From a virus (taxonomy: Duplodnaviria > Caudoviricetes), in the IMG/VR virus record IMGVR_UViG_3300023055_000010, positions 1 to 44,696 of that record: DNA of 44,696 nucleotides; one strand, given 5' to 3'. Shown here piece by piece: positions 1 through 8,600 of this stretch. The notes below the pieces were generated by a model. The model was not told where the DNA came from. It was given only the letters and a program-made list of their open reading frames with translations, and ran no database searches. A program made the position numbers and the translations under genes. How positions within the stretch are numbered: the first letter of the stretch is position 1; every line of letters starts with the position of its first letter.

Positions 1-109
1 GCCTGTCGGTTGGCTAAGTCCAAAGTTAAAACCAAATAAATCGACTACGCATGTAGAACTGGTTGCGGAGGGCTTGCGGACGGGGGTTCAATTCCCCCCG
101 GCTCCACCA
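1..109 (+). ncRNA. ssrA: tmRNA, 3' portion (truncated by the window edge)
   Basis: Ends in a tRNA-like T-arm and acceptor, GACGGGGGTTCAATTCCCCCCGGCTCCACCA. The upstream sequence (…GCATGTAGAAC…) resembles proteobacterial tmRNA rather than a tRNA. Confidence 0.9.
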
Positions 110-112
110 AAT
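81..112 (+). repeat. att core, left copy: CGGGGGTTCAATTCCCCCCGGCTCCACCAAAT
   Basis: Identical to 44028-44059 and overlaps the tmRNA 3' end. Confidence 0.95.
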
Positions 113-122
113 ACTCTAGCAA

Positions 123-135
123 TATCAAGCACTTA
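123..135 (+). promoter_or_regulatory. IHF-binding site in the att arm
   Basis: TATCAAGCACTTA matches WATCAANNNNTTR, 10 bp from the att core. Confidence 0.6.
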
Positions 136-136
136 G

Positions 137-169
137 AAAAGGCCAACCCTAAAAGTTGGCCTTTTTTTT
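137..169 (+). terminator. Intrinsic terminator supplied by the phage downstream of ssrA
   Basis: AAAAGGCCAAC-loop-GTTGGCCTTTT, with a T8 tract in total. Confidence 0.85.
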
Positions 170-180
170 GGGCTGTTTTG

Positions 181-207
181 GGTCAAACGGTCAGCATTTT
201 GGTCAGC
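181..207. repeat. Putative integrase arm-type sites (GGTCA repeats)
   Basis: GGTCAAAC-GGTCAGCATTTT-GGTCAGC. A near copy, GGTCAGCATTTGGTCAAC, lies at 43975-43992 on the other arm. Confidence 0.6.
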
Positions 208-332
208 TTTTATCGTGAACTTGCCCCGCCCACCGCTAGGAATGCAGCCACCTTGGCTAGGGAGGGCAGAACACACCATCAAATGTTACATTGCCGATAC
301 ACCTACAATTTCCGGCGTTGTAACCACGCACT

Positions 333-1400
333 ATGAAAAAGACAACTTTGAGACGACGGCGGCACCTTCGCGCGCAATGTAGGCGCGCTCAAAAGAAGCG
401 CTACCTCCTGAGCCTTCGGCGCAGCCAAGCTGTGGCTCGTTTCAAAAGGAAGCGCCGTGCGACGGCGCGCAGCCTTCGCATCAGCATCCTGGCTCCAGAT
501 CCAATCTTCGCGCGAACTGATGTGGACCGCGCCAAATTGATGCGCTTTCTCAGCAAAGTGGACGCTCATTTAAGCGCTGGGAAGGCCGTCCACTTGAACC
601 TCAGCAAAGTGGAGAATTTCCACGCATGCGGCACCCTGATGTTCCTGTCGCGGATGGACATCTGGCTGGCGAAGTACCCCGGCAAGCTTACGGGAACGTA
701 TCCGGCAAATCAGCGTTCGGAGGAACTGCTTCAGCACGTGGGCCTTCTAAGGGCACTTGGACTTACAGAACGTTGCGCCGTCACACACGAGAACGTTCGA
801 TACTGGCACTACTTCTCCGGCAAGATGGGGGATGCTGCCGTATACAAGCCCCTTACAGAAGCGATCCGCGACAGCATAGTTCATCCTCATAGCCAACTTT
901 TTGGGGATTGCCTGAACGAGGCGGTATCCAATACAGTTAACCACGCGTACGGTTTTGAGACAGAGGACCTCCCGCCCCATGACCAGCGGAAGTGGTGGAT
1001 GCTTTCAGAGGTGAAGGATGAACAGGTTTTCGTCGCAATTTACGATTGGGGAGTATCAATTCCTGCATCGTTGCGCCGTAAACCTGAGTGGAAAGATCGG
1101 TTCAAGCCACGCCACTGGAAAGACTCGAAGCTCATTGAATCGGCGGCAACTAGCCTTTGGACGAGCACGAAGCTGCCATACAGAGGGAAAGGACTGCCTG
1201 AAATGGTAGAATTTTCTAAGAACTTAGCGTCTGGCGGGCTGTCGATATCAAGCGGCATGGGTTCATACGTCTACCACGCCGACGGCAACAGGTTTCATCG
1301 GCACTCATTCAAGTGCCGGATGCCAGGTACATTGGTTCTCTGGCAAATTCCGTTCCGAAAGGAGCGACAGCATGCAAACGAAAATGATCTCCATAGCTAA
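333..1400 (+). CDS. STAS-like + GHKL (HATPase_c) ATP-binding/kinase-like protein (cargo)
   Basis: GHKL boxes: N (NEAVSNTVNHAY), G1 (YDWGVSI), G2 (RGKGL) and G3 (PGT). N-terminal STAS-like segment LNLSKVENFHACG. Very basic N-terminus. Confidence 0.8.
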   Translation: MKKTTLRRRRHLRAQCRRAQKKRYLLSLRRSQAVARFKRKRRATARSLRISILAPDPIFARTDVDRAKLMRFLSKVDAHLSAGKAVHLNLSKVENFHACGTLMFLSRMDIWLAKYPGKLTGTYPANQRSEELLQHVGLLRALGLTERCAVTHENVRYWHYFSGKMGDAAVYKPLTEAIRDSIVHPHSQLFGDCLNEAVSNTVNHAYGFETEDLPPHDQRKWWMLSEVKDEQVFVAIYDWGVSIPASLRRKPEWKDRFKPRHWKDSKLIESAATSLWTSTKLPYRGKGLPEMVEFSKNLASGGLSISSGMGSYVYHADGNRFHRHSFKCRMPGTLVLWQIPFRKERQHANENDLHS

Positions 1401-1695
1401 GGATTTCTCCACGACCCCCGCTGGTCGTCACGCGAAATTTCATCCCGCATCGGGTGAGGCTTTCCGGGATTCCATTTTGCTGCCCGCTCTACGCCAGGGC
1501 GTCGTTACCGTAGACCTGGACGGGACGGCTGGATATGGATCGTCTTTCCTAGAAGAAGCTTTTGGCGGCCTCATCCGTAATGGCCTTGCCGCCGAGACCG
1601 TGCGCCAACGATTGAAGCTCAAGTCTTCCATGACCGTCTACTCTGACCGTATCTGGCGCTATATCGAAGATGAGGCCGAGCGAGTCGCCGCCTAG
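1372..1695 (+). CDS. STAS-like protein (DUF4325 family)
   Basis: VTVDLDGTAGYGSSFLEEAFGGL motif. GGAG RBS at 1361. Overlaps the upstream gene. Confidence 0.85.
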   Translation: MQTKMISIAKDFSTTPAGRHAKFHPASGEAFRDSILLPALRQGVVTVDLDGTAGYGSSFLEEAFGGLIRNGLAAETVRQRLKLKSSMTVYSDRIWRYIEDEAERVAA

Positions 1696-1697
1696 CG

Positions 1698-2183
1698 ATG
1701 GCGGCGTTCCTCGCCCAATACGGCGTCCTAATCGCCGCGGCGGTAGCAATCGCCGGCTGGCAAGTTTCGAACTGGCAGGCAAATCGTAGGGAACTGCGCA
1801 AAGAAGTTCGGCAGGACATTTCGGATCTGCGGAGCGCGGTGGAAAGAGTCTGCGCGGGGGTTCGTGAACACCAGAAGCACGAACGATCTTCACGCGAGGC
1901 AGCCCTTGCCAGTGTTGCGGTCCAACAGGACTTTGTTCTGTTGGAATTGCGCTTAGCCAGAATTCGCGAGCGTCCACGCAAATCGAAAAGCGACGTGTTC
2001 GTCCAAGAGATCCGCAACAATCAAGAACGGTTCTTCGACCTCTCAACCGGCGATCTGATCGATGGAAGCGTCATGTTGACCCCTGACCAGGTGCAGAACT
2101 TGGTGACTGAACAGCACGTCACTGCTGCTCAGCTTGAGCACGGTCTCATGAAATTTTTCTTTTCCGAGTTCGACGCTCACTGA
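1698..2183 (+). CDS. Membrane-anchored hypothetical protein (single N-terminal TM plus helical domain)
   Basis: Hydrophobic GVLIAAAVAIAGW then a charged helix. Starts 2 bp after the STAS gene stop. Confidence 0.75.
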   Translation: MAAFLAQYGVLIAAAVAIAGWQVSNWQANRRELRKEVRQDISDLRSAVERVCAGVREHQKHERSSREAALASVAVQQDFVLLELRLARIRERPRKSKSDVFVQEIRNNQERFFDLSTGDLIDGSVMLTPDQVQNLVTEQHVTAAQLEHGLMKFFFSEFDAH

Positions 2184-2274
2184 CGTTCCCTCATGTAAGT
2201 TTGGGGGGACGCTAGGCTGCTCGTGTAAAGCCCGTCAACACTTCCAGCGCGGCCAACAAAGCATTGGGGGGTCC

Positions 2275-2937
2275 ATGTGTAGCCACTACCAAACCCTGAA
2301 AGACGCCGAACTGCTGCTGAAGAAGTTCGGTGTGACCCGGCCGGGCGTGCTCGGCAAGTACGACATGTGGCCGCGCTACCAGGGCATCTTCGTCCGTCGG
2401 CCGCCAGAGCATGACGCCGGCGACGAGGCCGTACCCGGCATCGAAGCCGTGACGGGCCGTTGGGGCCTGATATCTGGTTCCACCCGGCCGGACGCGCTAC
2501 CCGGCGCGGAGAAGCTGTCCACCTTCAACGCCCGCGACGACCGCGTTGCCAACGCCTTCACCTTCCGAAACGCCTGGCGCCGGGCGCAGCACTGCATCAT
2601 CCCTGCCGATGCAATCTTCGAACCCGACTGGCGATCCGGCAAGGCGGTAGCCACGCGTTTCACCCGGGCCGACGGCGCGCCGCTGGGCATAGCCGGGCTG
2701 TGGGATCGCTATCGCGATGCGGGCGGCCAGTGGCAGGATAGCTACACGATGCTCACCATCAACGCCGATCAGGATCCCCTCTTCCGCGACTACCACCAGC
2801 CCAACAAAGAAAAACGCATGGTGGTGATCCTTCTCGAGGGCGCGTATGGAGACTGGCTGACCGCCAGCGCCGATCAAAGCCGCGATTTCCTCGTACCCTT
2901 CCCCTCCGACAAGCTGGTCGCCACACCGATGACCTGA
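2275..2937 (+). CDS. SOS response-associated peptidase (SRAP/YedK/HMCES family)
   Basis: N-terminal MCSHY (catalytic Cys2), plus RWGL, FNAR, CIIPADAIFE, IAGLW and H…KRMVVIL. Confidence 0.92.
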   Translation: MCSHYQTLKDAELLLKKFGVTRPGVLGKYDMWPRYQGIFVRRPPEHDAGDEAVPGIEAVTGRWGLISGSTRPDALPGAEKLSTFNARDDRVANAFTFRNAWRRAQHCIIPADAIFEPDWRSGKAVATRFTRADGAPLGIAGLWDRYRDAGGQWQDSYTMLTINADQDPLFRDYHQPNKEKRMVVILLEGAYGDWLTASADQSRDFLVPFPSDKLVATPMT

Positions 2938-2958
2938 CCCCGATTCTGCTGCAATATA

Positions 2959-2974
2959 CTGTATATCCATACAG
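2959..2974. promoter_or_regulatory. LexA (SOS) box
   Basis: CTGTATATCCATACAG fits CTGT-N8-ACAG, with TA before it and an AT-rich spacer. Lies 18 bp upstream of the ATG at 2993. Confidence 0.85.
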
Positions 2975-2992
2975 CCATGTCGCAGCAGAATC

Positions 2993-3301
2993 ATGCTTTG
3001 CTCAGTCGTCAGAACCCATTACCTCGGGCAAAAGCGCCGAGACAACGACCCCGCGCCCGCGGTCAGCGGCACCGTGCGGATGTACTCGATCACGCGCCAA
3101 GACATGCGGCGTCAGGTGCGCATCATGACGATGGATGGCCTAGCCAAGTTCGGCGCGACGGCTAAAGGGCCGATCCCTGACCTACTCGAGCCAGAACTGC
3201 TCACTTTCTGTTCTGACAGGGGGATGATGGTCTGCGGCTTCGAAGAAATCGACGGCCGGCGCTACTACCAAGGCTGGTGGATGCAGTGGATCGAAAAGTA
3301 G
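2993..3301 (+). CDS. Hypothetical protein, probably SOS-regulated
   Basis: 102-aa ORF directly downstream of the LexA box. Converges tightly on the spanin gene (3 bp gap). Confidence 0.7.
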   Translation: MLCSVVRTHYLGQKRRDNDPAPAVSGTVRMYSITRQDMRRQVRIMTMDGLAKFGATAKGPIPDLLEPELLTFCSDRGMMVCGFEEIDGRRYYQGWWMQWIEK

Positions 3302-3304
3302 GCG

Positions 3305-3808
3305 TTACCGACTCCGAGACACTGCCCTAGCCCACGCATCCCCCTCCCTCAGTCCGTCGATGATTGCGTCAGCGTCTCCTGCCAGCGCTGCATATTCATC
3401 CGTGCACGCTTTGAGAACATCCCAGGCTCGGGTGGCGGCTTGTTCAGAGAGGCCGGCGCGGGCGGCTTCTTTGGCGGCTCGGGCGCGCTGGACGGCAATG
3501 GCGTCGCGCAAGCTGCCAGCTGCACCAGCAGCAAGGTCACGCTCAGCATTCGAAAGACGGATCGCTTCATTGGCTTCCTCAAGGCGGCGCATGTAGGCGG
3601 CCGCCATTTCATGTTCCTGGCGCCGGTACTGCGCCTCGATCTGACGGGCATTAGCTGCCGCGGCCAACATCGTATATTCCACGCCCGCGCGATATTGCCT
3701 TGCACCGTGCGCGTTCCAGGCCACGACACCCGCCGCAATCAGTGCGGCGCCGGCGAGCCCCGCCGCGCCATAGGCTTTCCAGCCCGTCACTCTTGCAAGC
3801 ACACCCAT
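3305..3808 (-). CDS. Rz-like inner-membrane spanin
   Basis: N-terminal TM followed by coiled coil, downstream of the endolysin. Confidence 0.8.
   Translation of the reverse strand: MGVLARVTGWKAYGAAGLAGAALIAAGVVAWNAHGARQYRAGVEYTMLAAAANARQIEAQYRRQEHEMAAAYMRRLEEANEAIRLSNAERDLAAGAAGSLRDAIAVQRARAAKEAARAGLSEQAATRAWDVLKACTDEYAALAGDADAIIDGLREGDAWARAVSRSR
3349..3570 (-). CDS. Rz1-like outer-membrane lipoprotein spanin embedded in Rz
   Basis: MKRSVFRMLSVTLLLVQLAAC signal peptide and lipobox, Pro-rich mature part, GAGGAAG RBS, alternative frame inside Rz. Confidence 0.8.
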   Translation of the reverse strand: MKRSVFRMLSVTLLLVQLAACATPLPSSAPEPPKKPPAPASLNKPPPEPGMFSKRARMNMQRWQETLTQSSTD

Positions 3809-4281
3809 GTGTTGGCCTCCCTACGCGTCACCAAGCCGGGCAACGTCACCATCACGCCGTTTTGCCGCCCCTTAACCCAGCGGTTCAGTTCCGCGCATCC
3901 GCCGACGTAATCGCGTGCGTTGAACTTGCGCCGCATGGTCGACGAAGCTAAGTTGCCGGCGCCCAGGTTGTACGTGAAGTCGATCAGGGCGGCGCGCTGC
4001 CAGTCGTTCAGCGGCACCGTGATCAGACGGCGCACAGCGGCGTCCGCCTCCGCCAGGTCAGCATCGCGCCAGGCGTCGCACTCGGCATCTGTATAGATCC
4101 GCTTCGGGTCGATGTCGCCCCCCGTATGACCATCGCAGACGGTCAGCACACCGACGGGGTCGATGTAGGGTTTACCGCGTACCTTGCCCGGCTCGAAGTG
4201 CGCGACCAGCACGCCCGCGATGGCGATGGCGCCGGCGCTGCCCGCCGCCAGCAGCTTCCGTTTCAGACTACCCAAAATCAT
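3787..4281 (-). CDS. Endolysin, GH24 lysozyme with a probable SAR domain
   Basis: E…D…T catalytic region (HFEPG…YIDPVGVLTVCDGHT), FTYNLG and GLVTRREA motifs. Gly/Ala-rich N-terminal hydrophobic segment. Alternative start at 4296. Confidence 0.92.
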   Translation of the reverse strand: MILGSLKRKLLAAGSAGAIAIAGVLVAHFEPGKVRGKPYIDPVGVLTVCDGHTGGDIDPKRIYTDAECDAWRDADLAEADAAVRRLITVPLNDWQRAALIDFTYNLGAGNLASSTMRRKFNARDYVGGCAELNRWVKGRQNGVMVTLPGLVTRREANTWVCLQE

Positions 4282-4562
4282 TTGATTCCCCTCCATGCCG
4301 AATAGGCGGTGATGATTGCCGTGCCCAACCCAACGATGTAGGCCAAGGGCTTTGCCACTCTGCCGAGTCCCTGCAGCACCTTGAACCCACCAGACAGCGC
4401 CTGGAACGTGTCAACGATGTCCTGTGTGTTCTGCCGGATCGTCTCGATCGAGGATGTGTTCCGGGCGGTTGCTTCTGCATTGCTTGCCATGTCCTGCTCC
4501 ATCTGCACGACGCGAGCGTGCAGCGACTTTATGAAGGCGTCCGACAGATGCTCGTCAGCCAT
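4278..4562 (-). CDS. Putative holin
   Basis: 94-aa protein with a coiled coil and C-terminal TM, immediately upstream of and overlapping the endolysin. Confidence 0.6.
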   Translation of the reverse strand: MADEHLSDAFIKSLHARVVQMEQDMASNAEATARNTSSIETIRQNTQDIVDTFQALSGGFKVLQGLGRVAKPLAYIVGLGTAIITAYSAWRGIK

Positions 4563-4604
4563 GGGACTTCCTTTGAAGCGACAACATCGCGTCTCCTTGA
4601 GACG

Positions 4605-4629
4605 AAAAAAATGCCCGCACATGGCGGGC
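4605..4629 (-). terminator. Intrinsic terminator between tail and lysis genes
   Basis: On the minus strand: GCCCGC-loop-GCGGGC-A-T7. Confidence 0.65.
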
Positions 4630-4654
4630 TGAATATGAATACGATGGGTAGCGG

Positions 4655-5323
4655 CTATTGCCACCCTGTCACGTCAATTACGGCGATGTCGTTCTCCTCC
4701 GCATCACTCACGAAGCGCGTGTTGAAGAGCGGGGCCCATCCGTAGAATGCGCCCACCTGATCCTGCATCTTGGAATAGACGCCGGTGCTGCGTGCGGCGT
4801 AATTCTCGCCCCACAGCACAGAACTCCAGCCGCCCCCTGGCACGGGATAGCACTGATACCCGCGCCGGTTGAACGACGGGCAGTAGGCCCATTTGCGCGC
4901 TGGTAGGCCGCCCACCTCCATGCCGTCGATGTAGCCGCTCCCCGTGCCGTCCGAGTTCCAATATCGGGGGATGCGCAGGTTGCCGTAAACGTTCATCGGC
5001 CTAGCCGTACTCATGAAGATGTGCCGGCCGTCCTGCGCCCATATGTCCATCGGGCCGCCGGTGACCCACGGCCAATCGAATATGTAGTATTCGACGGCCA
5101 CCCCCACAAACGTCACGGTGAATGTGCCGTTCCCGTTGTTCAGCAGGCTCCGCATTGTTGCGAAGCCGCCCCCGGTGGGCACGAAGAAAACCACAGGCCG
5201 TACAGCAGCGAACGAAAACGCACCGCTGGCAGTGCCCATGTACCGCAGGAACATGTTGACGTTGCGACTATCGCAAAGCAGGTTTCCGGCTTGATCCCAC
5301 AGCTCGAATGCAGCATCCGCCAT
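4655..5323 (-). CDS. Tail-tip accessory protein
   Basis: Start MADAAF is coupled to the upstream stop. Beta-rich. Position downstream of the central fibre J. Confidence 0.6.
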   Translation of the reverse strand: MADAAFELWDQAGNLLCDSRNVNMFLRYMGTASGAFSFAAVRPVVFFVPTGGGFATMRSLLNNGNGTFTVTFVGVAVEYYIFDWPWVTGGPMDIWAQDGRHIFMSTARPMNVYGNLRIPRYWNSDGTGSGYIDGMEVGGLPARKWAYCPSFNRRGYQCYPVPGGGWSSVLWGENYAARSTGVYSKMQDQVGAFYGWAPLFNTRFVSDAEENDIAVIDVTGWQ

Positions 5324-5610
5324 CACTTCACCCCCCACAGCACCAGCATGTTTGCCCGCTGCGTGTTGGGCTCCGTGACAAACGACCAGGAGATAACTGC
5401 GCCGCTTCGCTTGATAGTCGGATAGTTGGTTCCACCGCTTGCCGCGGTGGCCAGAAACCACGAGTTTCCAGTGTCAGCGAGCTGCGGAATGCTAACGCTC
5501 CCGCTACTCGTGCCGGTGTAAAACTCGCCAAGCTGGCGGGCAATCCGCATCCCTGCGCTGAACAGCAGGACTCCAGAGGGGGACCACAATTCAAGGGGCA
5601 TGACTGCCAT
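5323..5610 (-). CDS. Small tail-tip accessory protein
   Basis: 95 aa directly after J. N-terminus (LELWSPSGVLL) resembles that of the next gene (FELWDQAGNLL). Confidence 0.6.
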   Translation of the reverse strand: MAVMPLELWSPSGVLLFSAGMRIARQLGEFYTGTSSGSVSIPQLADTGNSWFLATAASGGTNYPTIKRSGAVISWSFVTEPNTQRANMLVLWGVK

Positions 5611-5612
5611 GT

Positions 5613-8600
5613 CTACGACCCTCCAAAGCGCGCGCCGAGGACGCCATTGGGGTAGTAGTACCGCATGCCCCGGTTGTTGATCTCCGTCCGCGATCCGTCC
5701 GCCTCCGTGCCGTTGAACGACATAAGGCCGGAGCGCATGTTCAGGTTGAACACGGGCACACCGCTGGGATTGAGAGCATCGGAGCTGAGGTTGTCCTTGA
5801 GGTTGAGGGCCCCAATGGTGGCGCGGCCGATGATTGCCTCGTTCATGAACACCTGCCCGCCCTGCACCACAAAAGGCGCCTTCACGGATCCGGTGGATTC
5901 GTCCAGGATGGCCACGCGCGCCGCAGCCAGCAGAATCTGCGACGTGATGACGCCCTGGTTGTTCTCGACGCCCACGCCGATGCCGGCGAGGTACGGCACA
6001 CCGCCCACCGTGAGCTGGGTTTTGATGGTGTACATGGCCGCCAGGGAATTTACGATGGCGTCGATCTGCACCTGAGCATCGCCGGCTTCGTCAATCCGAT
6101 CCAGCAACGCCTGGGCGAGCTGGGTTTCGGTGATCTGGCCGGTGAGATATTCCAGGATCTCGTCCGCGCTGTTGCTGGACGTGCCAATGACGCCCGGATT
6201 GCCCACGGGGAAAAAGTCTCCTGGGATGCCGGTGCGATCCACCAGCCGGGCCCAAAAATAAAGGCGCTTGCCGGCAGACAGCCCCATCAGGTCATGGGTG
6301 TTTTGCGGGAACGCGAACTCGCCCATCTTGATCGCGCTGCCCTGGTTCTGCGATTCCGAATACCAGATTTCCGTCCGCTCGATGATGTAGTTGCCGGCCG
6401 GAAAGCCCCAATTGAGCCGGATGCCGAACACCATCCCTTGGGCGGTCAGGTGCGTCACCTGCGGCGGCGGAAGGACGTTGCCCTCCAAGTCGGTGGACGC
6501 GGACATTCCCCATGCAGAAGGGATGTTCGCTGCGTTGATGGCGCGCACCCGCGCGAGGTATCGGCCGATGCTGATGCCCCGGATCTCGACGGACGCGGAC
6601 GCCGTGCGCCCCGCCTCAATCCAGTCCGAACTGTTACGCCGCCACTGGACTTGATACTCCACCGCGTCCTGCACCTTGTCCCAAGTGATGAGGGCGTTGT
6701 GGGTTGCAATCGTCTGATCGAGCGTCGAATAAGATGACAACGCCACGTTCTGCGGCGCCGGCATGACCATGGGCGGTATGACCGTGATCGGCGGATTCTC
6801 CAGACGCGTGCCATAGTCCACGGCGTCGTACTTGCCCGGGACGTGCTGCACGGCCGTGATCGTGGCATTGAGAACGTTTTCCCGCGTGATGCTCACGACG
6901 CGGAAGAGCTGGGTTGAAAGCTCCTCGGACTCGATAGTCCACACCGCCTCGGGCTCAGGAATCTCGGTAAACGGCTGGGTGACGGTGATTTCCAGGGTTG
7001 CGCCTTGGATACCGATCATGTCAGCTGTGATCTCCGTGCTGTCAGCAGTCCAGATAGTCTGGTCAGCGGTGATCATCGTGCCCACCGCGCCCTGGATGAT
7101 TCGGGTTTGAGTGAGCCCGTTGGGCATATTCAGGATCAGGCGATCTCCGGACCGCACCCCCACGGCCAGATCCACCACGATGGTAGTCGCAGTTGCAGAA
7201 TGGATCCGGCCGCCAATACGACGCCCAGCGCGGTTCTTGTCGGCGATGCGTATGACGGAGCCAGGTTTCACAACAGCCTGCTCCAGCCCCACGCCGAAGG
7301 TCACGCCCTGCGTCTCGCGCTGTGAAGAGACGAGAGCCCACTTTCCGGCGCGCACGGCCTGGCCGCGGGACGTGCAACCGAACGCCGTCATCTGGTACAT
7401 GCGAACGCCATAGCGGGAAATTGCATCCCGGTCTTCTACCGCCTCCATCTTGGCGATGCCCTGATTGCTGCTGTCGTTCCAGGACACCTGCACCACCGTA
7501 TACCGGGTTCGGCGCGGGCTGCCGGCGTAGCCGAACCGACCATCCAGCACATTCGCATTGGTGAAGTTGTAGACAGGGTCCGAAGGAATGTCGGCGGACG
7601 CGGCAATGGAGCCATTCATCTCGTAGACGATTCCGCGGAACACGCTGGCCAGATCCGACATTACGCGGTAGGCGTCCGCCGCCTGCTGGATGTACACGTT
7701 GCAGGTAAACCGAGGCTCCATGCCACCGAAGCCGTCGGGCACCTGCTCATCGCAATACTGGGAGACAGGGTAGAGCTGCCATTTGGCCATGGACAGCCGC
7801 ACTGGATCCAAGAACGCCCCGGCGCCATAGCGCTGATTCGTCACCATGTCATACCAGATCCACACGGGGTTATTGGTCCACGCCTGCTTAAACGTCCCAT
7901 CCCAAACGCCGGTATAGGTCCGCGACTCCGGATCGTAGTTGCTTGGCACTGCGATGATGCGGCCGCGGAATCGGTACGCGCGTGTCGGAATCGCCGAAAA
8001 CTGGCTGGCATCAATTTGGATGCCAACCGCGGCGGACATCGGCATGCGCAGCTTCGCATCCAGCACGTTGGTGATGGATTGGATCCAGGTATCGTTTGTT
8101 AGCGTATCCGTGGCGGAGTCGATGGAGAGCCGGCGCACGCGAACAACCCACCCCGTCTGCGCGCCCTGCGGCAAGTCAATGCGGTGGGTCCGCGCGTAGG
8201 ACTGCGTCGTCTTCCCATCGAATGCCGACACGACAACCTCCTGGAACGGCCCGCCATCGGTCTGCAGGTCAATGGCGTAATCCACGCGCGCTCCCCCGCG
8301 GTCCCCATTGCCGGTATCCACCTGGAGCAGCCCCCTCACCTCCAGCGTGATGCGGATGGCCGACAGCGTGCGATCCGTGACCGTCTGGACCCAGGGGACG
8401 CCATACTTCAGTTCGACGCCCAGGCCGGTAGTGCTCTCTGCGGCCGGGAAACCCTGGATGTAGTCCTGCGCCTGCGTGCCTTTTCGAAAATCCACGCGGA
8501 CGCCCTGGAAGTTGAGCGAACCGTCTTCGTTCTCTATGGGCGTTCCATCGAGGTAGATACTGCGCAGGATGGAGTTCAGACCCGTCACAGGGCCCACGAT

